Origin: Eledone cirrhosa
Taxonomy: Eukaryota
Reading direction: 5' to 3'
NCBI GenBank assembly: GCA_964016885.1
Contig: OZ024766.1
Coordinates: 2,790,001-2,854,000, forward strand
Length of the DNA: 64,000 bases
Below the pieces are notes generated by a model that worked only from the letters and a program-made list of their open reading frames with translations, was not told the origin of the DNA and made no database searches. Both the position numbers and the translations under genes were made by a program. The number at the start of each line of letters is the position of its first letter. The stretch's first letter is position 1. Positions 25,806-39,690 of the stretch are shown piece by piece.

Positions 25806-26127
25806 TTACACTTCTGTATGAACAGATACATGTCTAGTTAATTTACTTTTTTGAGAGAATGATTTACCACAGATATCACACTGATGAGGTTTCTCTCCTG
25901 TATGAATATATTTGTGACTACTTAAGCCACTTGAATCAGAAAATGATTTACCACAGATATCACATTGAGGAGGTTTCTTTCCGGTATGAATATATTTGTG
26001 TTTGGTTATCTCACTTTTATATGAGAATGATTTACCACAGATATCACACTGATGAGTTTTCTCTCCTGTATGACTACGTTTGTGCCTGGTTACGTCACCT
26101 CTATGAGCAAATGATTTAAAACAGATA
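25806..26127 (-). pseudogene. Out-of-frame tail of gene 4 (4 essentially intact fingers ending HVSVHTEV*)
   Basis: Follows the 2-bp deletion at ~26145; ancestral TAA at 25806-25808. Confidence 0.85.
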
Positions 26128-27507
26128 TCACAGTGATGAGGCTTCTCCTGTATGACTACGTTTGTGCAAAGTTAAATGACCTAACTGAGAGAATGATTTA
26201 CCACAGATATCACAGGGATAAGGCTTCTCTCCTGTATGACTACGTTTGTGAATTGTTACATGACATAACTGAGAGAATGATTTACCACAGATATCACAGG
26301 GATAAGGTTTCTCTCCTGTATGACTACGTCTGTGTATATTTAAGGCACTTGTACGAGAGAATGATTTATCACAGAAATCACAGTGATAAGGTTTCTCTCC
26401 AGTATGACTACGTTTGTGTATAGTTAAGGCACTTGTAATAAAAAATGATTTACCACAGATATCACAGTGATAAGGTTTCTCTCCTGTATGACTACGTTTG
26501 TGCTTGGTTACGTCACTTGTAGAAGAGAATGATTTACCACAGATATCACAGGGATAAGGCTTCTCTCCTGTATGACTACGTTTGTGCAAAGTTAAATGAC
26601 TTAACTGAGAGAATGATTTACCACAGATATCACAGGGATAAGGCTTCTCTCCTGTATGACTACGTATGTGCAAAGTTAAATGACCTAACTGAGAGAATGA
26701 TTTACCACAGATATCACAGGGATAAGGTTTCTCTCCTGTATGACTACGTTTGTGAATTGTTAAATGATCTAAACGAGAGAATGATTTACCACAGATATAA
26801 CAGGGATAAGGTTTCTCTCCTGTATGACTACGTTTGTGTACATTTAAGGGATTTGTACCACTGAATGATTTACCACAGATATCACAGTGATAAGGTTTCT
26901 CTCCTGTATGACTACGTTTGTGTCTAGCTAAACCACTTGTATCAGGGAATGATTTACCACAGATATCACAGGGATAAGGTTTCTCTCCTGTATGACTACG
27001 CTTGTGTTTGGTTACGTCACTTGTACGAAAGAATGATTTACCACAGATATCACAGGGATAAGGTTTCTCTCCTGTATGAATACGTTTGTGTATAGTTTCA
27101 TCACCTTTATGAGAGAATGATTTACCACAGATATCACAGGGATAAGGTTTCTCTCCTGTATGACTACGTTTGTGTATAGTTACACAACTTTTAAGAGAGA
27201 ATGATTTACCACAGATATCACAGGGATAAGGTTTCTCTCCTGTATGACTACGTTTGTGTGTAATTAAGGCACTTGTACAAGAGATTGATTTACCACAGAT
27301 ATCACAGTGATGAGGTTTCTCTCCTGTATGACTACGCTTGTGTTTGGTTATGTCACTTGTACGAGAGAATGATTTACCACAGATATCACAGTGATGAGGT
27401 TTCTCTCCTGTATGACTACGCTTGTGTTTGGTTATGTCACTTGTACGAGAGAATGATTTACCACAGATATCACAGCAGTATGATGATTTTCCTTCCTCTT
27501 CTGACAT
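26128..27507 (-). CDS. C2H2 zinc-finger protein (gene 4), 16 fingers, truncated by frameshift (ends HTGEASSL*)
   Basis: Long intact ORF; ATG at 27507; acceptor at 27901-27902. Confidence 0.8.
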   Translation of the reverse strand: MSEEEGKSSYCCDICGKSFSRTSDITKHKRSHTGEKPHHCDICGKSFSRTSDITKHKRSHTGEKPHHCDICGKSISCTSALITHKRSHTGEKPYPCDICGKSFSLKSCVTIHKRSHTGEKPYPCDICGKSFSHKGDETIHKRIHTGEKPYPCDICGKSFFRTSDVTKHKRSHTGEKPYPCDICGKSFPDTSGLARHKRSHTGEKPYHCDICGKSFSGTNPLNVHKRSHTGEKPYPCYICGKSFSRLDHLTIHKRSHTGEKPYPCDICGKSFSQLGHLTLHIRSHTGEKPYPCDICGKSFSQLSHLTLHKRSHTGEKPYPCDICGKSFSSTSDVTKHKRSHTGEKPYHCDICGKSFFITSALTIHKRSHTGEKPYHCDFCDKSFSRTSALNIHRRSHTGEKPYPCDICGKSFSQLCHVTIHKRSHTGEKPYPCDICGKSFSQLGHLTLHKRSHTGEASSL

Positions 27508-28214
27508 CTCTTCAGGCAAAAATATCAATCTTTTAAGTGCCTTCCTAGAATTTTTTCTCTCAACGCAATATATTGATATTTTTGTTTTTAAAGTTTATTC
27601 CCAAGAAATATTTCCTGTGTTAAATCTCCATCAGCTGTGCTCTTTTTTGACAAATTCCTTTGTAAATTTTTGCAACTTTAATAAGAATGCAAAATCTTCT
27701 TGTACATTTTCCAGATAGGAAGAAGAGAAATCTTTCCATCAACCTCAGTTTAGAAGAAATATTTCACCGTAATTCACCAAATGTTGATATAAAAAGACTT
27801 ATATGAATAGTGTGTAAAATCTTGTGTTAGTCTTTTAAACAATGATATTGATGTTGTATCTGAAGTTAAAATTTCTCTTCTGTCAATGTCCTGTGATATT
27901 CTGAAATAACAGAGAAACAAAATAAGATATAGAGGAGAGGATATTAAAATGTTGTGATTCAACAATGGAAATTTTACCTTTCTTTAATGATAAATAGTCG
28001 ACATCATCATCGTTTAACATCCATCTTCCACACTAGTGTAAAATATATATAATGAAAATAAAAATGATTGTGTACAGTGCTCAGGTGCACTACAACTGAT
28101 AGAATTATGTACAAATGTCAGGAAAATTAACAGTGTACGAGTCCTGATAAACCCACACACACGTGTGTGTGTTTGTATGGATGGGGAATATTAGGTGCAG
28201 TGATGGCGAACATC

Positions 28215-28720
28215 TGGAAGCATGGAAGTTTTGAAGGATGCATCAGTGATTCGGGTAATGTCTTCAGGAAAGTCTATGAGTTGATCACAGTTGCTGGAGT
28301 TAGGGGTAAATCCAAATTGCGTGGGTCGGATAAGGCTGTGAGAGTTCCAGAGTGGTTCTCTCACATAGGACTCCATCAGTTTGGCGATGCAGCTAGTAAG
28401 ATTGACTGGACAATAGTTAACAGGTGACATGCGATCACCCTTTTTGAACAAAGGAATGGCACTGGCAGTTTTCCACTGCTCAGAGGTAACTCCATTGTTA
28501 AGGCAGAATTGAAAGAAGAGTGAAAGCTGGTGCAGAAAAAAGTAACCAACATGTCTGAGAAGCAGGTACGTAACATAATTACGACCAGGAGAAGGATAGT
28601 TGAAGTATCCAGCCTGTGTGGGGATTGCACAGAGGACTTACTGGAGAGTGAGGTGTCTTCTTTGAATGTACATATTTCCAGAACACTTTGCAGTGAGGGT
28701 TTTTGACAGTATTAAAACCT
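28215..28720 (-). mobile_element. Degenerate LINE ORF2 fragment
   Basis: FKKGDRMSPVNYCPVNLTSCIAKLMES. Confidence 0.8.
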
Positions 28721-29009
28721 TATTATGTTGAAACATCAATAAAAAAAATACATGCAAAGAAAAATTGCCATCAGAGAAACCTCCAAGAGTCCCATTTGCT
28801 CCATTTTCTAAAAGAATGAGTGGTTTCTAATTGATTTTGAGGTCAGATTTGTCGAGAACATGGAGATAAAACTTGGGGTGAAAATAAACAATTTCCCTTC
28901 GAACGACTGAGGGGTTAGGGTTATAATACAAGGTTGTGAACAACATGATTTATTAGACTGAGGTTATTTAAATAATTAAGACAGACATGACAAGGTATTA
29001 GTATAGAAG

Positions 29010-29195
29010 ATTGGCAGTATCAATAGAGCGTTAGACGCCGTGCTTTACACCATAGAGTTATGTCCCTTTACGGTCTGAGTTCAAATCCCGCCGAGGTTAA
29101 CTTTGCCTTTCATCCTTGCAGGGTCGATATAATAAAGTACCAGTAATACACAGGGGTTATGCTGGCCTTGTGCCAAAAGTAGAAACAATTATTAT
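29010..29195 (+). mobile_element. tRNA-derived SINE (intronic copy)
   Basis: Homologous to 7288-7475. Confidence 0.8.
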
Positions 29196-30024
29196 AGAAG
29201 TATACCCTGCTTTGATATCAATAAGGGAAAACATTTTCACTGTTTCTTTTTTTCGTGTGCTATCAACCAATCTGACCTCCAAGGGGCTCGCAATTGACAT
29301 TTGTCCAGCAAGATTGAAATGTTGGGAAGGGCTCCCACCAGCTTCTCGGAGTTTACCCAACCATTTTTCTTTCCAAGTATTATTAACGAATCTCACCTCC
29401 CAACAAGTAGGAAATGACTAGATTTATAGAAAAACTAGGGTGAAAGGGAGTGAAAAGACGATCGGAGGTTCACAGATCTACACCCACCTCGCCTTTCGTG
29501 GGGAAAAATTACCTTTTTTTATTTTGTGCTGTCAACTAATCTGACCCCCAAGGTGCTCCCAATCATCTTTTTCTCCCGGGTTAGGGTTTCTGTTCTCCAG
29601 ATAAAAATCGATTGCCAGAATCTTGGAAGTTAGATTAGTTGATAGCACACGAAATAACTGAGGAAAGAAATTATTTTCCCACTGAAATGGAGGGGTGTGT
29701 TGTATAAATTGACCTAAACTACACATTATAATACAAGGTAGTGAACAACATGATTAAATAGACGGAGGTAACTTAAATAATAAAGACACTCATAATAACA
29801 ATATATTTTATATCACATGTAACAGTAGAATCTAGCTATTGTAAAATAAGACAACATTTCAGTCTAGAAGTATTTTCCTGTATATAAAAGTGACGAGGAA
29901 GAAATATGTCCAAAGTTGTTAAATATTTTCACTTGTATATAATTACTGTATCGTTGAAAGGTTCACATAATTCTATTATTTACACACATTATTATAGACC
30001 TCAAGTAAATCTTTCTCAACTTAC

Positions 30025-30200
30025 CCTCTTCCCATGTAATCAATGTGTTGTCTTCTTATATTTTATTAAACAAAGAAATAATCTCCTTGTTGTTGTTGAA
30101 TAAGAATTTTCAAAGATTTTATCAGCTTTTCTTTGTCCGCCATTAACGTTGGTGTATCTTCTTATTCTTTAGCCACAGATTCGTATCTTGTCACAATGAA
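30025..30200 (-). promoter_or_regulatory. Putative exon 1/promoter of gene 4 (donor at 30024, uORF ATG at 30143)
   Basis: Conserved donor and AATGGCGG motif. Confidence 0.65.
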
Positions 30201-30295
30201 GCTGTTAAGCTAGCTTTCTTTCTTTCTCCTTCATTATTTGTATACTTGAATATATATATATATTTGTCTACTTGATTATATATATATATATATAT

Positions 30296-30943
30296 ATAAA
30301 AGAGAAAACACAGGTAAACATTAAGAGAAGGATTTAATCCAGGTATTTACGACCGTTTCATTGGTAAGTCAACCAGACAACCAGAAATGGTATTACATCG
30401 GAGCGACTGGGAATACTTTTAAAGCTCGTTGGTATACACACCGTTACGCAATGAAACATTCCCAGTACCGTTATGTAACTACCCTTGCAAACAAGACCTG
30501 GCAACTGAGGGAAAGTAACCATCAATACACCCTGAAGTGGAAAAAAATTATCAAACGCGCCCCCATATCGGAGTGGTATGAGAAGCTGTCGATTATGCGA
30601 CCTTGAGCTGTTCCACATCTTAAGTTCGAAGAATAGGTTACTCAACAATAAAATTGAGAGATCAATTTATTGTAACCATAGACTCAAAGAGAAATTTTCG
30701 CACTACAAATCGAACACTTAACCTCTTACTATCAACTGACAAACTGCAAATACTTAAACTTTATACCCTCTTATATCTAGACCCTTTAATTACCCACAAA
30801 ACCAATACATATATCCCCCCCCCCTTCTCCCTCATTCCTCTTCTATTTCTTCGGTTTCTTCCTTCCTTCCCTCTTCTTGGCTATCTTTTCCTTTCTTCCT
30901 TCTCAATCCCCTTCTTTGCTTTTATTTTTGTCATTATTATCTT

Positions 30944-30974
<31 letters not shown>

Positions 30975-31730
30975 GTGTATATATATATGTGTATATGTGT
31001 GTGTGTATGTATATATATATATATGTGTGTATATATATATATATGTGTATGTATGTATGCGTGTATGTATATATATATATATATATATATCTGTGGGAAA
31101 ACCCCCGTCCAAACCCATGCAAGCGTGGAACACGGACGCTAAACCTGATGATGATCTCTTTATATCTCCCTCTCTATCCATCCCTCCCACTATTATCTAT
31201 TTAATTCTCCTTAACTCACTACACTCCACGACACGAAGTCTGCTATCAAAATTGACCAAAGAATCCTTCCACCTCTACCACCATCTCAGTTTGTCATTCT
31301 ACTTCCTGCCTCTTCCCCCTTCCTCTCTCTTTATACTATGCCGTCTGTCCCCTCACCTTCTGATTCCTCTCTCTCTATACTAGTAAATACAATTCCAAAT
31401 AAATGTTTTTCTCTATATATTAAGAACTATTTCAAGAGTAACTCACTATTTTGAAAATTTGGACTGTGAACAACAATTATAATTGAGTGGCTGCTATTTG
31501 CAGTATAGTAATATAAGGTTGCACTTACCAATGAAATGGTCGTAAATACCTGGATTAAATCCTTCTCTTAATGTTTACCTGTGTTTTCTCTTTTATACTT
31601 ATACTCCAAGATTGAACAGAATTCTTACAAACTTGTGGAGTTACCCCTAACCGTACGTTGAAACCATCCACGAAACTGGCTTTCTTAACCAAAAACTGGA
31701 TTACAATAAGCAATTTTTTGCTTCTCTAAC
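30296..31730 (+). mobile_element. 5'-truncated Penelope-like retroelement (GIY-YIG endonuclease remnant, inverted pseudo-LTR)
   Basis: WYYIGATGNTFKARW..H, then after a frameshift PYRSGMRSCRLCDLE...LLN...CNH. 74-bp inverted repeat at 30296-30369 and 31523-31596. Flanked by (TA)n and absent from other units. Confidence 0.85.
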
Positions 31731-32719
31731 TATATATATATATATACATATCATCATCATCATCGCCGTTTAACGTACATTCTGCCATGTTAACATTGTT
31801 TATACGAGCTGTCCCGTTTTGTGGCAAGTCAGATCAGATGACCGTCTCTTGTTTATACAGAACTATCTCTGGGTTGGTTTCTACGGCTAGATACCCATCC
31901 AAACGCCAACCATGTTTACAGTGTGGAGTTGCTCTTTTCTAAGCAACAAAATGATCACTATACAGAGTAGACAGGCCACTTTTTCTTATGTCACCAACAC
32001 CACCACTTTACAGGGTGGACTGGGCGCATTTGTCATGTCACCAACACTTTAGAGTGTAGACTGGGCACTTTTCTTATGTCACCAACACCAGCACTCTACA
32101 GGGTTGACTGAGAGCTTCAGTCATTTCAGCAACATTGTGGGAGAGTGTTTCTCTTCCCATGTTTGTATACATTGGTTGGTCTAGAGAGGTGCCTCAGATG
32201 TTTAAAATGTGGTTGCATGTATGTTGGGTGGGGTACTTAGCTGCTGAAGGGTGGAGTGTTAAGTCGTGGGTGAAAGATGGAGTGTTAAGATATGGGAGGT
32301 GTATGGAAGTGGGTAGTCCATACTAGAAAGCTCTAGATATTGCTTCCTCTAATGCACATGGAAAGGCAGGTCTTCTGAAGTACAGCATAATGCCAGAGAT
32401 TTCAATCCTATGTCATACACATCACACATCCATACCACTACAATCTCTTCTCCTGTACATTGCATCTGACCACTCATATGTCCAGTTTCTCTCTCAGTTC
32501 ATTTACACTTTGCCATTCATACATAATACTATTACACATCCATAGGAGCAAGTTGAAATGACTGCCTTGACAAATACCTCAAATATAAATCTTTTATTGA
32601 TAAAACAGGGATTGAAATTTAAGACATTAATACAATTTATAGAATGGTGTATGAAAAACAAATAAATGATTTCAAAAAGAAACAAATCAATACAAAGAGA
32701 AAAAGATTCACATAATCCT

Positions 32720-32973
32720 TCAATTATACACTACAGGGAATGTGGGTGTTGCACTCTAAATATTTCTTGAGGTCAGGGATAGAGGGTCCGTTAATTAGAC
32801 ACCACAACAGGGAATGTGGGTGTTGCCCTCTAAATATTTCTTGAGGCCAGTTACAGCATTATGTCATGGGATAGAGGGTCCCTCAATTATACACTGCAAC
32901 AGGGAATGTGGGTGTTGCCCTCTAAATATTTCTTGAGGTCAGTTACAGCATTAAGTCAGGTATAGAGGGTCCC
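32720..32973. repeat. 92-bp VNTR, ~3 copies
   Basis: Same unit as 4135-5975. Confidence 0.85.
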
Positions 32974-33178
32974 TTCACTCTTTAGCATTCACATTACTCT
33001 ATATATACTATTATATTTTCATGGTAAAGGCTTTATCTCACATAATATCGAATCTATGAGATTTTGAAAGTATTTATTTTGAGAACAATACCTTAACATC
33101 AGTTTGAGCAACCAGTTACAGCCAGTTTCAACAGAAAGAAGTAGAGAATTCTGGCCGGTTTGAACATTAAAGGGTTAA
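32974..33178. mobile_element. piggyBac-type MITE (left end mutated)
   Basis: TTCA CTCTTTAGCATTCA ... AAAGGG TTAA. Confidence 0.75.
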
Positions 33179-34534
33179 CTACACACTACAACAGGGAATG
33201 TGGGTGTTGCCAAAAAATAAATTTAAGAAGACAACTATCAGACATGAGAATGACTTTAATCCCATTTAAAAAATGGAAAGCAATATTTAGAAGCTGTAGA
33301 AATACTAAGGGTTTCCTTGTGATTATTCAAGTTACTGTTACTGCCAAAATATTCCCCACATGTTAAACAATGGCCTCTCTCCAGTGTGTGTTCTTTGTTT
33401 ATTTAAATGACTCCTTACAACAAAAGATTTTCTGTTTCACAATGAAAGGGTTTCTCTCCAGGGCATGATAATTTGTAAACCGTTAACTGATCTCTTATCC
33501 TGTTGCTCAACTTTGTAGAAATAGTAGCCAAATTGCTCTACATTACTAGGTCAATGGAAGGACACATAAATACATATAGTCATACTTCCTTTTCTTTGTC
33601 CTACTTTTCCTTTTAACCTCACCCCCCTCAATTAGTTTCCAACTTGTTACCTTGGTAATTCAAACCCACTCTCAATGTATGGCTTTTAAACACACAAACC
33701 CACTTTTCATTTTCATATTCCACAAGGCTTCAAACTACCACACCACATATATATCTGTCCTGTGTGACCCCTATTTTGAATTCATGCAGGATTTTTAAAC
33801 TATATAATAGACATCACACTGCCAGGTCTGACATACTCTATTATCCCTTCTCACCTTTATACACCTCAGTGACATTAATCTTTGTCTGTACATGGTACTA
33901 AAGTCTATATTATTCTCTTGTTTTACTATTTCTCTCCTATCTATATTTTATTCCCCTTTGACTAGGCCATCACACAGTTCTCTTCCTTCTTTGTCAGTTG
34001 ACACACTTACAATGCCCTTTCTCCTATATCTGTGTAATTCACCTAAAGGTATAACTTGCTCTACCTGTTTTGTTAAATCCTAATGTGCTGTGGAATGTAC
34101 AGTTTCAACCTTAATGAACCGAAACCTTAGTGATTTCCATAGGTTAGCTGATGAGATGGGACTGTGTCTTTCTTTTGTTTATTCCATTCTCTTTGTCAGG
34201 TGCATCCCTTATTTTGAAAAATATATATATATATAAATGTATGTGTGTGTGTAAAATTAAAAACCATACGTGGGTGAGAACACAGAGGATAGAAACACAA
34301 GGACAATTCCCGCTCATCAGCTGTCTTCTGTGTATCACTATAGTTTCGAATGCATTAAAGACAGGACTATCCACCATATATATATATATATGTGTGTGTG
34401 TGTGGATGTATATCCTGAAATATACACCTATCAATGGAAAGACAATCATCACTGTATGATATTGTTGGTTAAATTTTCAAAGCAGCCAATGTGTGTGAAG
34501 GGGAATTAGTTGAGTAGGTTTATAGAATGATTAT

Positions 34535-35378
34535 AAGGTAGGTAAATAGTTGTTGGTGGACAGGTAATGGAAGACAGCCTTCCAGAGAAAGGTGGAGGAT
34601 AAGGTAGGTAAATAGTTGTTGGTGGACAGCCTTCCAGAGAAAGGTGGGGGATAAGGTAGGGAAATAGTTGTTGGTGGACAGGTAATGGAAGACAGCCTTC
34701 CAGAGAAAGGTGGAGGATAAGGTAGGTAAATAGTTGTTGGTGGACAGGTAATGGAAGACAGCCTTCCAGAGAAAGGTGGAGGATAAGGTAGGTAAATAGT
34801 TGTTGGTGGACAGGTAATGGAAGACAGCCTTCCAGAGAAAGGTGGGGGATAAGGTAGGTAAATAGTTGTTGGTGGACAGGAAATGGAAGACAGCCTTCCA
34901 GAGAAAGGTGGAGGATAAGGTAGGGAAATAGTTGTTGGTGGACAGGAAATGGAAGACAGCCTTCCAGAGAAAGGTGGAGGATAAGGTAGGTAAATAGTTG
35001 TTGGTGGACAGGAAATGGAAGACAGCCTTCCAGAGAAAGGTGGAGGATAAGGTAGGTAAATAGTTGTTGGTGGACAGGAAATGGAAGACAGCCTTCCAGA
35101 GAAAGGTGGAGGATAAGGTAGGTAAATAGTTGTTGGTGGACAGGAAATGGAAGACAGCCTTCCAGAGAAAGGTGGGGGATAAGGTAGGGAAATAGTTGTT
35201 GGTGGACAGGAAATGGAAGACAGCCTTCCAGAGAAAGGTGGAGGAGAAGGTAGGTAAATAGTTGTTGGTGGACAGGAAATGGAAGACAGCCTTCCAGAGA
35301 AAGGTGGAGGATAAGGTAGATAAATAGTTGTTGTTGGACAGGAAATAGAAGACAGCCTTCCAGAGAAAGGTGGAGGAG
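34535..35378. repeat. 66-bp purine-rich minisatellite, ~13 copies, inside a unit-specific ~1.3-kb insertion (~34359-35665)
   Basis: Unit aaggtaggtaaatagttgttggtggacaggaaatggaagacagccttccagagaaaggtggaggat; gives 22-aa periodic ORFs. Confidence 0.92.
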
Positions 35379-35827
35379 TTGTTCAGAGATGTGATAGAAC
35401 AACTTGCTTTCACTATAGCTAAGAATACAAAATAAAGTTTCAAATATTACTGGGGATTAAGAGTTGAGAGAAAAACAAGATTTAAATAGGGGAATTTTAA
35501 TTAAATTATAACTAATTAAAGCCATAATTATAAAAATAACAAAGGAATCAATTATTAATTCTTTAAACTTTCTGGCATTTAATAAGTGAGGGAAGTATAT
35601 CTCTAGTATATTTTATTCCTGCAGGAAATTTGCTAGATACAACAGACATAAGTTCCCTGAAAAAAAATCTTGTATTAAAAATACAACAATATTAAATTAT
35701 CTCACCAATGTAAGATATAGTTATAGAGTTTGATGGTTGTTATTACAGTGTAATATCTTCTTTCATATGTAGATATATTTATGGTTAAAAAGACAATAGT
35801 TTCATACAAAAATGTTTGACACTGATA

Positions 35828-37198
35828 CTATTTCACTTCTGTATGAACAGATACATGTTTAGTTAATTTACTTTTTTGAGAGAATGATTCACCACAGATA
35901 TCACAGTGATGAGGTTTCTCTCCTGTATGAATATATTTGTGCTGAGTTAAGGTAGATGACTGAGAGAACGATTTACCACAGATATCACAGTGATACAGTT
36001 TCTCTCCTGTATGAAGACGTATGTGTTGAGTTAAATGACCTAACTGACAGAATGATTTACCGCAGATATCACACTGATGAGGTTTCTCTCCTGTATGAAT
36101 ATATTTGTGTTTTGTTAAAGTATCTACCCGAGAGAATGATTTACCACAGATATCACACTGATGAGGTTTCTCACCTGTATGAATGCGCATGTGTTTGGTT
36201 AAGTTACTGGAAGAAGAGAATGATCTACCACAGATATCACAGTGATGAGGTTTCTCTCCAGTATGACTATATTTGTGTATTGTTAAATGACCTAACTGAG
36301 AGAATGATTTACCACAGATATCACAGTGATGAGGTTTCTCTCCTGTATGAATACGTTTGTGTTTGGTTACGCCACTTTTACAAGAGAATGATTTACCACA
36401 GATATCACAGGGATAAGGTTTCTCTCCTGTATGACTACGTTTGTGTTTGGTTACGTCACTTGTACATGAGAATGATTTACCACAGATATCACAGGGATAA
36501 GGTTTCTCTCCTGTATGACTACGTCTGTGAGTAGTTAAATGACTTGTATCAGAGAATGATTTACCACAAATATCACAGGGATAAGGTTTCTCTCCTGTAT
36601 GACCATGTTTGTGAGCAGTTAAATGATTTGTACGAGAGAATGATTTACCACAAATATCACAGGGATAAGGTTTCTCTCCTGTATGACTACGTTTGTGTAT
36701 AGTTACATCACTTGTATAAGAGAATGATTTACCACAGATATCACAGTGATAAGGTTTCGCTCGTGTATGAGTATGTGTGTGTCTGGTTAAATGACTTGTA
36801 GAAGAGAATGATTTACCACAGATATCACAGATATGAGGCTTCTGTCCTGTATGACTATATTTGTGTCTACTGAAGCCACTTGACTCTGAAAATGATTTAC
36901 CACAGATATCACAGTGATAAGGTTTCTCTCCTGTATGAATACGCTTGTGTGTGTTTACGTTACTGGTACAAGAGAATGATTTACCACAGATATCACAGTG
37001 ATGGGGCTTCTCTCCAGTATGACTATATTTGTGTATTGTTAAATGACCTAACTGAGAGAATGATTTACCACAGATATCACAGTGATGAGGTTTCTTTCTT
37101 CTATGGGCACGTCTGTGTCTAGTTAAATGACTTGTACGAGAGAATGATTTACCACAGATATCACAGCAGTATGATGATTTTCCTTTCTCTTCTGACAT
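35828..37198 (-). CDS. C2H2 zinc-finger protein (gene 5), 16 fingers; fingers 1-7 shared with gene 2, the rest distinct
   Basis: Intact ORF; ATG at 37198; acceptor at 37592-37593. Confidence 0.93.
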   Translation of the reverse strand: MSEEKGKSSYCCDICGKSFSRTSHLTRHRRAHRRKKPHHCDICGKSFSQLGHLTIHKYSHTGEKPHHCDICGKSFSCTSNVNTHKRIHTGEKPYHCDICGKSFSESSGFSRHKYSHTGQKPHICDICGKSFSSTSHLTRHTHTHTRAKPYHCDICGKSFSYTSDVTIHKRSHTGEKPYPCDICGKSFSRTNHLTAHKHGHTGEKPYPCDICGKSFSDTSHLTTHRRSHTGEKPYPCDICGKSFSCTSDVTKHKRSHTGEKPYPCDICGKSFSCKSGVTKHKRIHTGEKPHHCDICGKSFSQLGHLTIHKYSHTGEKPHHCDICGRSFSSSSNLTKHMRIHTGEKPHQCDICGKSFSRVDTLTKHKYIHTGEKPHQCDICGKSFCQLGHLTQHIRLHTGEKLYHCDICGKSFSQSSTLTQHKYIHTGEKPHHCDICGESFSQKSKLTKHVSVHTEVK

Positions 37199-37909
37199 CT
37201 CTTCAGGAAAAAATATCAATCTTTTAAGTGTCTTCCTAGAATTTTTTCTCTCAATACAATATATTGATATTTTTGTTTTTACAGTTTATTCTCAACAAAT
37301 ATTTCCTCTGTTAAATCTCCATCAGCTGTGCTCTTTGTTGACAAATTCCTTTGTAAATTTTTGCAACTTTAATAAAAATGCAGAATCTTCTTGTACACTT
37401 TCCAGATAGGAAGAAGAGAAATCTTTCCATCAACCTCAGTTTAGAAGAAATATTTCACTGTAATTCACCAAATGTTGATATAAAAAGACTTATATGAATA
37501 GTGTGTAAAATCTTGTGTTAGTCTTTTAAACAATGATATTGATGTTGTATCTGAAGTTAAAATTTCTCTTCTGTCAATGTCATGTGATATTCTGAAATAA
37601 CAGAGAAACAAAATAAGATATAGAGGAGAGGATATTAAAATGTTGTGATTCAACAATGGGAATTTTACCTTTCTTTAATGATAAATAGTCAACATCATCA
37701 TTGTTTAACATCCATCTTCCACACTAGTGTAAAATATATATAATGAAAATAAAAATGATTGTGTACAGTGCTCAGGTGCACTACAACTGATAGAATTATG
37801 TACAAATGTCAGGAAAATTAACAGTGTACGAGTCCTGATAAACACACGTGTTCGTGTGTGTGTATGGACGGGGAATATCAGGTGCAAGTGATGGCAAATT
37901 TGGGGAAGC

Positions 37910-38290
37910 ATGGAAGTTTTGAAGGATGCATCAGTGATTCGGGTAATGTCTTCAGGAAAGTCTATTAGTTGATCACAGTCGCTGGAGTTAGGGGTAAATC
38001 CAAATTGCGTGGGTCGGATAAGGCTGTGAGAGTTCCAGAGTGGTTCTCTCACATAGGACTGCATCGGTTTGGCGATGCAGCTAGTTAGATTGACTGGACA
38101 ATAGTTGAGAGGTGACATGCGATCACCCTTCTTGAACAAAGGAATGGCACTGGCAGTTTTCTACTGCTCAGAGGTAACTCCATTGTTAAGGCATAATTGA
38201 AAGAAGAGTGAAAGCTGGTGCAGAAAAAAGTAACCACCATGTCTGAGAAGCAGGTACGTAACATAATTACGACCAGGAGAAGGATAGTTG
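37910..38290 (-). mobile_element. Degenerate LINE ORF2 fragment
   Basis: FKKGDRMSPLNYCPVNLTS motif. Confidence 0.8.
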
Positions 38291-38494
38291 AACTTATTCT
38301 TATGGTGGTTTCTGACTGATTTTGAGCTCAGATTGGTTGAGAACATGGAGATAAAACTTGGGGTGAAAATAAACAATTTCCCTCCGAACGACTGAGGGGT
38401 TAGGGTTATAATACAAGGTTGTGAACAACATGATTTATTAGACTGAGGTTATTTAAATAATTAAGACAGACATGACAAGGTATTAGTATAGAAG

Positions 38495-38682
38495 ATTGGC
38501 AGTATCAGTAGAGCGTTAGACGCAGTGCTTTACACCATAGAGTTATGTCCCTTTACGGTCTGAGTTCAAATCCCGCCGAGGTCAACTTTGCCTTTCATCC
38601 TTACAGGGTCGATAAAATAAAGTACCAGTAATACACCGGGGCTTTTGCTGGCCTTGTGCCAAAAGTAGAAACAATTATTATA
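38495..38682 (+). mobile_element. tRNA-derived SINE (intronic copy)
   Basis: Homologous to 7288-7475. Confidence 0.8.
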
Positions 38683-39510
38683 GAAGTACGCCCTACTTTG
38701 ATATCAGTGGGGGAAAACATTTTCCCCGTTTCTTTTTTTCGTGTGCTATCAACCAATCTGACCTCCAAGGGGCTCGCAATTGACATTTGTCCAGCAAGAT
38801 TGAAATGTTGGGAAGGGCTCCCTCCTGCTTCTCTGAATTGATCCAGCGATTTTTCTTTCAGAGTGTTATTAACGAATCTCACCTCCCAACAAGTAGGAAA
38901 TGACTAGATTTATAGAAAAACTAGGGTGAAAGGGAGTGAAAAGACGATCGGAGGTTCACAGATCTACACCCACCTCGCCTTTCGTAGGGAAAAATTAAAT
39001 CTTTTTTTCTTGTGCTGTCAACTAATCTGACCCCCAAGGTGCTCCCAATAATCCTTTTCTCCCGGGTTAGGGTTTCTGTTCTCCAGATAAAAATCGATTG
39101 CCAGAATCTTGGAAGTTAGATTAGTTGATAGCACACGAAATAATCGAGGAAAGAAATTATTTTCCCACTGAAATGGAGGGGTGTGTTGTATAAATTGACC
39201 TAAACTACACATTATAATACAAGGTAGTGAACAACATGATTAAATAGCCGGAGGTAATTTAAATAATAAAGACACTCATAATAACAATATATTTTATATC
39301 ACATGTAACAGTAGAATCTAGCTATTGTAAAATAAGACAACATTTCAGTCTAGAAGTATTTTCCTGTATATAAAAGTGACGAGGAAGAAATATGTCCAAA
39401 GTTGTTAAATATTTTCACTTGTATATAATTACTGTATCGTTGAAAGGTTCACATAATTCTATTATTTACACACATTATTATAGACTTCAAGTAAATCTTT
39501 CTCAACTTAC

Positions 39511-39690
39511 CCTCTTCACATGTAATCAATGTGTTGTCTTCTTATATTTTATTAAACAAAGAAATAATCTCCTTGTTGTTGTTGAATAAGAATTTCCAAA
39601 GATTTCATCAGCTTTTCTTTGTCCGCCATTAACGTTGGTGTATCTTCTTATTCTTTAGCCACAGATTCGTATCTTGTCACCATGAAGAAG
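39511..39690 (-). promoter_or_regulatory. Putative exon 1/promoter of gene 5 (donor at 39510, uORF ATG at 39629)
   Basis: Conserved donor and AATGGCGG motif. Confidence 0.65.
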
